The position numbers were made by a program, and so were the translations under genes. Below the pieces are notes generated by a model. That model did not search any database. It worked only from the letters and a program-made list of their open reading frames with translations, and was not told the DNA's origin. Source: a virus. Taken from it: a stretch of 64,000 nt of DNA. The stretch is from the IMG/VR virus record IMGVR_UViG_3300014819_000003, positions 1 to 64,000 of that record; one strand, 5' to 3'. This document shows, one piece after another, positions 1 to 6,136 of the stretch (positions within the stretch are counted from its first letter, which is position 1; the number at the start of each line of letters is the position of its first letter).

Positions 1-102
1 TGTGGAGATAACTCCAAAAGAATATGCGTATTCGCTATAACCTTTTTCTTTTGCGATAGCAATTAGGCTATCAAGTATTTTTGTTCTGTCTAAACTATTC
101 AT
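1..102 (-). CDS. small hypothetical early protein, truncated at window edge (MNSLDRTKILDSLIAIAKEKGYSEYAYSFGVIST...)
   Basis: manual translation; AGAAAGG RBS upstream; promoter at 133-173. Confidence 0.7.
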   Translation of the reverse strand, partial: MNSLDRTKILDSLIAIAKEKGYSEYAYSFGVIST

Positions 103-132
103 TAGTTTTCCTTTCTAATTTTTCAGGCTTCT

Positions 133-211
133 AGCCTACCATTTTCTACTGACATTTTCAAATCCGACACGCCCAGATTTCGGGAAAAATTCGGGTGTGA
201 TAATAATCACG
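133..211 (-). promoter_or_regulatory. composite early promoter P1
   Basis: minus strand: CRP-like site 196-211, GGCGTGTC 166-173, TTGAAA-17-TAGGCT, TGTCAG 10 nt before -10. Confidence 0.75.
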
Positions 212-220
212 TCATAAACA

Positions 221-244
221 CCCTGTGGATAACCCTGTGGAAAA
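221..244. promoter_or_regulatory. tandem DnaA-box-like direct repeat
   Basis: CCCTGTGGATAA CCCTGTGGAAAA; TGTGGATAA is the exact reverse complement of TTATCCACA. Confidence 0.55.
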
Positions 245-300
245 CGTGGCGGCAAATGTTGAAACTTCAACCAATTTAGTCAAAGTTTCAACCATTTAAT

Positions 301-447
301 TTAGATCTTTATTTCATTCCATTTCATCTCAGCAATTTCTTTACGCAAATTTTTATTTTCAATTTCAAATCTACGCAAATTCATTAGCATTCCAAAAAAG
401 AAAACGCCGAATGAAATTAGAGCGAATGTCAAAATTATTTCTGTCAT
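301..447 (-). CDS. 48-aa membrane-anchored hypothetical protein (not in ORF track)
   Basis: MTEIILTFALISFGVFFFGMLMNLRRFEIENKNLRKEIAEMKWNEIKI; ATGA overlap with upstream gene. Confidence 0.7.
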   Translation of the reverse strand: MTEIILTFALISFGVFFFGMLMNLRRFEIENKNLRKEIAEMKWNEIKI

Positions 448-635
448 GCGTTTATTAGTCCTAACTCATCAACGCCACACGCTTTCTCAAAACGGGCTTT
501 ATCAAATCTGTCATTATCAGCGAGAAAGAATTGAGCAAATTCCTCTACTAAATCCTCAAAAACCTGTGGGTGTATCTCGCCAGAAAATCCAGCGAGAATG
601 TTAGCAGTTTCAATATAGTCTTTACGAGTCATCAT
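444..635 (-). CDS. small hypothetical phage protein
   Basis: MTRKDY...DNDRFDKARFEKAC motif typical of small phage proteins; GAGGAG RBS. Confidence 0.8.
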   Translation of the reverse strand: MMTRKDYIETANILAGFSGEIHPQVFEDLVEEFAQFFLADNDRFDKARFEKACGVDELGLINA

Positions 636-896
636 TTAGTTATTCTCCTCATCTAGTAGAATGAACGCATGAGTGCCACCTTCATTAACACGCTCTAATT
701 CTGAAAGTAATTCATCACGAGTTAGAAGTGAAGCATTACCTACTAATTCTGTTACTGCTTGAATGTTTAGGTCTGTTACAACCTGCGTAGGCATTTTAGC
801 AAGTGTGCCTGCGAATGGAGAGTCAGCGTTAATTCTTGAAATAAATTTTACGCCATCAACCACGAATGGATAGTCTGTATAGTTAGTTGTTGTCAT
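636..896 (-). CDS. hypothetical protein (start revised to MTTTNY)
   Basis: AGAAAGGT RBS before ATG at 896. Confidence 0.75.
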   Translation of the reverse strand: MTTTNYTDYPFVVDGVKFISRINADSPFAGTLAKMPTQVVTDLNIQAVTELVGNASLLTRDELLSELERVNEGGTHAFILLDEENN

Positions 897-897
897 T

Positions 898-1020
898 TTA
901 GTTTTTACCTTTCTTGGGTGTTTTAGTTGTATTGACAAGTTTAGCGATTTTCTCTAAGTTTGTCAAGCGAGTAGCCTCACGCTCTTTCTTGACTAATTCT
1001 TGGAATTCATGAAGTTTCAT
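898..1020 (-). CDS. 40-aa basic helical hypothetical protein (not in ORF track)
   Basis: MKLHEFQELVKKEREATRLTNLEKIAKLVNTTKTPKKGKN; TAATG coupling to upstream gene. Confidence 0.65.
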   Translation of the reverse strand: MKLHEFQELVKKEREATRLTNLEKIAKLVNTTKTPKKGKN

Positions 1021-1214
1021 TAGTCTGCCACCTTTACTGCGACAGTAGCCCAACGATTACCATTGAAGCGAATTGCGTAGGCTTCATAGCCGTCAAGCCA
1101 AATATCCTCACGCTTTTCTGCGAAATTGATTTCGCCATATTGATATTTTCTCGCAAGTGAGCGAGGGTAGTAAGTGTGACCTATTAGCAGGTCTGTAATT
1201 GAATAACTTTTCAT
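1020..1214 (-). CDS. hypothetical early protein
   Basis: ORF with AGAAAGGT RBS and own promoter. Confidence 0.75.
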   Translation of the reverse strand: MKSYSITDLLIGHTYYPRSLARKYQYGEINFAEKREDIWLDGYEAYAIRFNGNRWATVAVKVAD

Positions 1215-1239
1215 AGTTTTTACCTTTCTTTATAAATCT

Positions 1240-1304
1240 ATTATTTCATTTTTTTTCTCAAAAGTCAAAGTGACACGCCGTCTATTTTTGTGGCGTAGGT
1301 CACA
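1240..1304 (-). promoter_or_regulatory. composite early promoter P2
   Basis: CRP-like site 1289-1304; GGCGTGTC-N3-TTGACT-17-AATAAT. Confidence 0.7.
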
Positions 1305-1494
1305 AGGGGAGAATATCTCTCCCGTAGTATTCAACGGCATCAACGATATTCATTACGCCTTTATATTCACGGCAATTTGAGCAGATACTATCCCAACGAT
1401 CAAAAGTGCGTGAGCAGAATACGCAAATATTATCCTGAATTGAATAACCATTATCAATTAGAAAATCTGCTATTTCAATTATTTTGTTAGTCAT
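1300..1494 (-). CDS. small zinc-ribbon protein
   Basis: CVFC...CSNC; AGAAAGG RBS. Confidence 0.75.
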   Translation of the reverse strand: MTNKIIEIADFLIDNGYSIQDNICVFCSRTFDRWDSICSNCREYKGVMNIVDAVEYYGRDILPL

Positions 1495-1523
1495 AAGTTT
1501 TCCTTTCTTTTTCTTACTCCGTA

Positions 1524-1611
1524 AGTCTAGCAGAAATCTCTGACAAAATCAAATCCAAATCACGCTTAGATTTTGTGAGAAATATCACAAGAAACGTAAG
1601 CACGACACGCC
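1524..1611 (-). promoter_or_regulatory. composite early promoter P3
   Basis: perfect TGTGA-N6-TCACA 1574-1589; TTGATT-17-TAGACT with TGTCAG-N10; GACACGCC 1604-1611. Confidence 0.75.
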
Positions 1612-1682
1612 CGAGTGCGGGGGGCGGCAAATATTTTGCGGCAATTTTGCTAATCAATTAAAATTAGCAAAAATTATTTTTT

Positions 1683-1829
1683 TTATTCTACAACATCTAG
1701 AACATCAAAAACATCAAATTTAACTAAGTCACTTTCGGAAAGTGCTAAGAAAATTTTATTTAAATCAAACACAGCACCTAAATCTGTATCTGATTCAGTA
1801 ACGAAACTAATCAAAACATTTTTTTTCAT
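1683..1829 (-). CDS. 48-aa acidic hypothetical protein (not in ORF track)
   Basis: MKKNVLISFVTESDTDLGAVFDLNKIFLALSESDLVKFDVFDVLDVVE; AGAAAGGA RBS. Confidence 0.7.
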   Translation of the reverse strand: MKKNVLISFVTESDTDLGAVFDLNKIFLALSESDLVKFDVFDVLDVVE

Positions 1830-1845
1830 TTGTTTATCCTTTCTA

Positions 1846-2073
1846 TTATTTTTTTCTCATGTGTTTAGCATACTTGAGAAATAGTCTGCGATAACCACAG
1901 GTTTCGCAATAGTGATTTATTGAGGGTTTCACACTCTCAGATGTTTCTACTCTATAAGTAGGGTGCTTACAAGTAGGGTCATTACCTCTAACATTGTAGT
2001 CATTGTAGTATTTTTCTACTTTATCAAAAGACCAATAACCATTTACAATTTCATTTACTTTAATGTTAGTCAT
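1846..2073 (-). CDS. small Zn-binding hypothetical protein
   Basis: CKH...HYCETCG; AGAAAGGT RBS. Confidence 0.75.
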   Translation of the reverse strand: MTNIKVNEIVNGYWSFDKVEKYYNDYNVRGNDPTCKHPTYRVETSESVKPSINHYCETCGYRRLFLKYAKHMRKK

Positions 2074-2110
2074 TTTATCTAACCTTTCTTTTTATAGTTG
2101 AGATACTAAT

Positions 2111-2156
2111 TTATTTGCTAGGCTCATGTTATTTCTAACCTTATTTGCTAGGCTCA
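2111..2156. repeat. 16-bp direct repeat TTATTTGCTAGGCTCA x2 (30-bp period) inside an inverted repeat
   Basis: copies 2111-2126 and 2141-2156; flanked by GAGATACTAA...TTAGTATCTC. Confidence 0.9.
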
Positions 2157-2184
2157 CTTAGTATCTCTATTTTGTTATGTAGCA

Positions 2185-2271
2185 ATACTAACACCCACCA
2201 CTGACATTTTGAGGGAACAAAGTAGGGCAATTCGGACATTCTAAAAAACTTTTTTTGTGATAAGAGTCACA
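2185..2271 (-). promoter_or_regulatory. early promoter P4 (leftward member of divergent pair)
   Basis: TGTCAGTG-N8-TAGTAT, poor -35; perfect CRP site 2256-2271. Confidence 0.7.
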
Positions 2272-2371
2272 AACTTTCGGGCATTTCTATAAATGTCCAT
2301 AAGTATCGGCGTGTCTACTTGACAAATATTTTGCGGCAAATACCGCAAGTCCAAAATGTCCGATTTGTCCA

Positions 2372-2437
2372 TGTGACCAACACCACAAAAGACACGCATG
2401 ATTTAGACTTGACTTTGTCAGTAAGTTATAGTATTAT
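2372..2437 (+). promoter_or_regulatory. early promoter P5 (rightward member of divergent pair)
   Basis: CRP-like site 2372-2387; TTGACT-17-TATTAT with TGTCAG-N10. Confidence 0.75.
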
Positions 2438-2468
2438 TCTCCTATAACAAAAAGAAAGGTTAGAACAA

Positions 2469-2567
2469 ATGTTTGACTTAGCAGATTACCTAGACGGATA
2501 CGGCGTTGCCATTGCAATGGTGCTAGTGCTTGTGATTATCCCCTTCCTCCTCATTCTTGTGGGCTAA
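2469..2567 (+). CDS. 32-aa single-TM peptide (not in ORF track)
   Basis: MFDLADYLDGYGVAIAMVLVLVIIPFLLILVG; AGAAAGG RBS. Confidence 0.75.
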   Translation: MFDLADYLDGYGVAIAMVLVLVIIPFLLILVG

Positions 2568-2623
2568 ATCACACCAAGCCTACGGCGTGTCGCCTTGACT
2601 TTTGGCAGGGTATAGGATAGAAT
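2558..2623 (+). promoter_or_regulatory. composite early promoter P6
   Basis: CRP-like site 2558-2573; GGCGTGTC-N3-TTGACT-17-TAGAAT. Confidence 0.75.
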
Positions 2624-2671
2624 TCTCCTACAAAATTAAATAAGAAAGTGTCTAAAGAAAGGACAACTAAA

Positions 2672-2779
2672 ATGATAAAGAAAAATTGTATGCTATGTGG
2701 TCAGACCACTCATGTATCTAAACGCAGTATCCCTGCGATATGTCCGAATTGTATAGATTCGCTAAATAGTGTGAGATAA
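2672..2779 (+). CDS. 35-aa zinc-ribbon micro-protein (not in ORF track)
   Basis: MIKKNCMLCGQTTHVSKRSIPAICPNCIDSLNSVR; AGAAAGGA RBS. Confidence 0.7.
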   Translation: MIKKNCMLCGQTTHVSKRSIPAICPNCIDSLNSVR

Positions 2780-2846
2780 GTCACACGGGTATGACCAGAC
2801 ATACCCACAAACCACCCCCCAAAATGTCAGTGGTATCAGATAGACT
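2770..2846 (+). promoter_or_regulatory. early promoter P7
   Basis: perfect CRP site 2770-2785; TGTCAGTG-N8-TAGACT, no recognisable -35. Confidence 0.7.
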
Positions 2847-2880
2847 ACCATTATTAGAAACTAAAGAAAGGTTAGAAAAA

Positions 2881-3072
2881 ATGCTAACACTAAATTACAC
2901 AATAGAAAAAGACGGAATTGAACTTTCCGAAATAAATAAACTCATGCTATCAGAGCGTCAGATAAATGACCTCATGGATACTCTTGTGGCTCATGGCTAC
3001 ACAGTATTAGAAATGTCAGTGGATAGTGCTACGATTATCCCTACAATTCACTATTCAGAAAGGAATAACTAA
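2881..3072 (+). CDS. hypothetical protein (start revised to MLTLNY)
   Basis: AGAAAGG RBS before 2881; upstream part of track ORF overlaps promoter P7. Confidence 0.7.
   Translation: MLTLNYTIEKDGIELSEINKLMLSERQINDLMDTLVAHGYTVLEMSVDSATIIPTIHYSERNN
3014..3035 (+). promoter_or_regulatory. internal promoter P8
   Basis: TGTCAGTG-N8-TACGAT upstream of RBS at ~3057. Confidence 0.6.
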
Positions 3073-3073
3073 G

Positions 3074-3181
3074 ATGATAAACTCAATTCAAAGAATAAAC
3101 TGTGACGAGTGTTATGGTCACGGCGTTATCTTCTACGGAGATGATAACGATTATGCCGTTGAACCTTGTGAGTGTATATGA
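3074..3181 (+). CDS. 35-aa Cys-rich micro-protein (CxxCxGxG motif; not in ORF track)
   Basis: MINSIQRINCDECYGHGVIFYGDDNDYAVEPCECI; AGAAAGGA RBS. Confidence 0.7.
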   Translation: MINSIQRINCDECYGHGVIFYGDDNDYAVEPCECI

Positions 3182-3303
3182 CCTACACTCATGAGCAACA
3201 ATTACGGCTCGCATGGATAACAAAATACGGAAGCCCCGAAGGGTATCACAAAGCAACACAACTAGAGAAAGAAGAAATACTAAATGAAACTAACAATAAC
3301 TAG
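3178..3303 (+). CDS. 41-aa hypothetical protein (not in ORF track)
   Basis: MTYTHEQQLRLAWITKYGSPEGYHKATQLEKEEILNETNNN; ATGA overlap. Confidence 0.55.
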   Translation: MTYTHEQQLRLAWITKYGSPEGYHKATQLEKEEILNETNNN

Positions 3304-3466
3304 CATGGCAGGCAATACTTCTAGCATGGAATTGCCAACTAAAGAAGATGTTTATTATTTTATTGACTTGTATAAATCAGCATTGAAAAAAAATCAGCGA
3401 GTAAAAATTACTTGCGATATTCTTGGAATTGACGGGTATTTACAAGGCACTAAACCAATACGCTAA
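3284..3466 (+). CDS. hypothetical protein
   Basis: ORF track; last gene before terminator. Confidence 0.7.
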   Translation: MKLTITSMAGNTSSMELPTKEDVYYFIDLYKSALKKNQRVKITCDILGIDGYLQGTKPIR

Positions 3467-3473
3467 AGCCCTC

Positions 3474-3512
3474 TAGTGCGATCTCTCCAATAGTGGTCGC
3501 ACTATTTTTTTT
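3474..3512 (+). terminator. intrinsic terminator closing the rightward early operon
   Basis: TAGTGCGATC...GGTCGCACTA followed by T-run. Confidence 0.85.
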
Positions 3513-3580
3513 GTATTTTTTTTCTAAATCATGCATCATACATCTTAGAAAAATATTCAGATTTTTGGTATAATGAAAAT

Positions 3581-3778
3581 ATGACAAACCACAACCTTTG
3601 TATCCACGTATACGAATATGTTAATTCCGAGGTTTGCCCTCATTGTGGGCGGTATACACATGAAGTAGATCGTGAACTACACTATAAACTCTTTAAGCAA
3701 TATTATGATGAAGGAAAACATCTAGCCTACAAATGCCCAATCGAGGGCGGTACCATAAGAGGCTGGTGGTCTATATAA
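3581..3778 (+). CDS. leaderless Zn-binding hypothetical protein
   Basis: TGGTATAAT 6 nt before ATG; CIH, CPHC motifs. Confidence 0.75.
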   Translation: MTNHNLCIHVYEYVNSEVCPHCGRYTHEVDRELHYKLFKQYYDEGKHLAYKCPIEGGTIRGWWSI

Positions 3779-3860
3779 AATACGCTATAGCACTCTTAAT
3801 TCTGCTATTTGGTTTGTTAAACTATTTTGCCTATTTGCAAAAAATCAACGGTATGTAAAA

Positions 3861-4061
3861 TTACCATTTTCCAACAGGACATTTAGCATTCTCTAACCCT
3901 GTTTTTAACTTCATAAAACATCCACACTTGCCACATCGTTGAGTCTTTGGTTTGAAAAATTCACAACTCTTACAAATTTCAAGGCGGTAGTTAGCAAGTT
4001 CTTCACCACTTCTTGGCGAGTTTGGATTTAACAAATCCCATGGCTTAACATCATCTGACAT
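3861..4061 (-). CDS. Cys-rich protein, DUF6171-like (start revised to MSDDV)
   Basis: RLEICKSC...RCGKCGCFM..K......CPVGKW; TATAAT and AAGGAAGG upstream. Confidence 0.75.
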   Translation of the reverse strand: MSDDVKPWDLLNPNSPRSGEELANYRLEICKSCEFFKPKTQRCGKCGCFMKLKTGLENAKCPVGKW

Positions 4062-4214
4062 ATAAAACCTTCCTTTAACTCCATTATATCCTATTGGCCG
4101 TATAGAATGCAAACCAGGTTATTGACGCTATTCGTATCTTTGATTCGTGTTAGTCATTGATGGTTTGTTATTCTTTTTGCGCCCCGCCGAAATACGTGAT
4201 ATAATTTCTTCATT

Positions 4215-4442
4215 ATGTCACCACAAGAATGGGCTGGATTCGTTGCAACGATCATAGGAATCGTCGGCTCGGTGGGACTAGTTTTGAGGTGGATCTTGAA
4301 AAAATATGTGCAAGAAATAATGACAGAACTAAAGCCAAACAGTGGATCTTCAATGAAAGATCAAGTAACACGGCTTGAGGATAAAGTCGATAAACTATAC
4401 GACGCTATTTTGATTCATCTTGAAGATCACGCTAATAAGTAA
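4215..4442 (+). CDS. small membrane protein (holin-like or lysis-associated, DUF2746-like)
   Basis: N-terminal TM helix, PNSGSSMKD motif, coiled coil. Confidence 0.6.
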   Translation: MSPQEWAGFVATIIGIVGSVGLVLRWILKKYVQEIMTELKPNSGSSMKDQVTRLEDKVDKLYDAILIHLEDHANK

Positions 4443-4493
4443 CTATATATTATATATATTATATTCTTTTACTATTTTCTCTCTTAATTAATT

Positions 4494-4522
4494 ATTATAC
4501 ACACACTAATTATTGTTGTCAA
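4494..4522 (-). promoter_or_regulatory. perfect-consensus sigmaA promoter pointing antisense to 4215-4442
   Basis: TTGACA-17-TATAAT on the minus strand. Confidence 0.7.
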
Positions 4523-4605
4523 GCAAATACCCCCACTTTTTGAAAAAATTTACCTAATCGTTATAAACTTTTATTTATTGTCCTAAATAATGTTAGAATG
4601 AACGT

Positions 4606-4667
4606 GCTGGCCCGTCAGGTTGCTCTCTACCCACCCCCACTGCCCCTGACGGGTTCAGCCTTATTTT
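4606..4667 (+). ncRNA. candidate small hairpin RNA with C-rich loop
   Basis: TGTTAGAAT -10 at 4591-4599; stem 4606-4619/4645-4659; U-rich tail. Confidence 0.45.
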
Positions 4668-4686
4668 CATGGTATAATCAAACATT

Positions 4687-5097
4687 ATGACCGAAAAATC
4701 CTTTGTTGTTTCTGACACCTATAAATTCGGAGCGAATCCAGCCACTATTCAATGGAATGTTGTTCGTGGCGATACTGCTACGCTAAAGGTAGACTTTCTA
4801 GATGATGATGAAGTAACAAAATGGAATATATCTACTTGGGATTTTGAGGCTACTGCTTATGATGCAAGTGGCGATGTATTAGATGAATTATCTGTGACTG
4901 CTACTACTGGATCGGTTACTATTACTGCCCCCGCCTCATTGACGGAAAAGTGGGGTACTACTTATAAAACCGTTGTAGCAGAACTACCTTTTGATTTAAC
5001 AGCACACATTCCAGTATCTGGTGAAGATACATCTTGGACACCAGTTATTGGTACAATTAGAGTATTGGGAGATGTAACTCCAGGAGGATCGTTATGA
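4687..5097 (+). CDS. virion protein, BppU-N/Ig-like
   Basis: VVRGDT...G.I.V motif; paralog of 5189 and 16215. Confidence 0.65.
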   Translation: MTEKSFVVSDTYKFGANPATIQWNVVRGDTATLKVDFLDDDEVTKWNISTWDFEATAYDASGDVLDELSVTATTGSVTITAPASLTEKWGTTYKTVVAELPFDLTAHIPVSGEDTSWTPVIGTIRVLGDVTPGGSL

Positions 5098-5189
5098 CTT
5101 TGCCTACCGTCGTAAAAATTAGTGATACACGCACTGACATTCCGCCTGTTATTAAAGTAGACGGAAAGATTTATAAGGTGTCACGCTAA
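5094..5189 (+). CDS. 31-aa hypothetical protein (not in ORF track)
   Basis: MTLPTVVKISDTRTDIPPVIKVDGKIYKVSR; ATGA and TAATG overlaps on both sides; AGGAGG upstream. Confidence 0.7.
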   Translation: MTLPTVVKISDTRTDIPPVIKVDGKIYKVSR

Positions 5190-5539
5190 TGGCATTTCCA
5201 GCAACATATAATTTTAGTTACTACCGTGGAGATACAAATCAATTTGTAATTCGTCCAAAGAATTCTGACGGATCTGCTTTTGACCTTGCTGGTTATGATG
5301 CAGATTTTTTTATTGCTACCGCTCGTGGTGCTGCGACAAGCGTTGTTCAGTATGAAGCACAGGCAGTAGTAGATTCAACAAATGATTTAGTTACATGCAC
5401 GATTCTGCCAGGTGTTGGATCACAACTTGCTCCAGGAACTTATGTTTATGACGTACAGGTTGATTCTGGTGCTTCGCTTGTTTACACATTGCTAACTGGC
5501 ACTATCACTGTAACAGAGCAGGTTTCGGGTGCCGTGTAA
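5189..5539 (+). CDS. virion protein, BppU-N/Ig-like
   Basis: YRGDT, FDLAGY, YVYDVQ, LLTGTITV motifs. Confidence 0.7.
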   Translation: MAFPATYNFSYYRGDTNQFVIRPKNSDGSAFDLAGYDADFFIATARGAATSVVQYEAQAVVDSTNDLVTCTILPGVGSQLAPGTYVYDVQVDSGASLVYTLLTGTITVTEQVSGAV

Positions 5540-6105
5540 TGCCAGAAGTATTATTGTCAAATGACGACATTACGGTATTAGGTCCACCTACAACAATAGA
5601 ATTACTTGTAGATATTGGACCACAAGGAATTCGTGGTAGCCAGGTATTTGTTGGTACTGGAAATCCAAATAGTATTGAAATTGGACAAGAGCCAGAACTT
5701 AACGATTTATTTATAAATACATCTCCAGGTGCAAACTATGGATATTTATATCAATACGTTTCTGAGCCAGGTGGAGATACCTGGATTGAAATACTAAAAA
5801 TGAATCCAACAATTTATAGCAAAAATCACTCTGTTACATTTACCAGTGGTACTGCAGAAGTAATTATTCCTATTGCTGATATCACAACCACAGAGACGGC
5901 GCTTATAGCCGATAACTTTAGCATTCAGTATAGTATTGCCCATGACAGTCCAGTAGCCTCTACAATGACCCTTGTAAGCGCTACAACATCTGATCTGGTA
6001 ATAGATCTAGAAGCAGTAGAATATGTAAGTAGCGCTTGGTCTAATTTGGCCGAGGAAGTAGTTGTCCACTTTTTTATTACGATAGTCGAAGCAGGCGAAT
6101 CGTAA
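5539..6105 (+). CDS. putative virion structural protein
   Basis: GPQGIRGS collagen-like stub; acidic, beta-rich; context. Confidence 0.65.
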   Translation: MPEVLLSNDDITVLGPPTTIELLVDIGPQGIRGSQVFVGTGNPNSIEIGQEPELNDLFINTSPGANYGYLYQYVSEPGGDTWIEILKMNPTIYSKNHSVTFTSGTAEVIIPIADITTTETALIADNFSIQYSIAHDSPVASTMTLVSATTSDLVIDLEAVEYVSSAWSNLAEEVVVHFFITIVEAGES

Positions 6106-6136
6106 GAATGTGGTATAATTTTCGAGAGGTGATCCT

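Noticed and set aside
2603-2623. PafBC-like element in promoter P6 (TGGCAG)
   Set aside because: Mismatch plus 9-nt rather than 10-nt spacing; not counted
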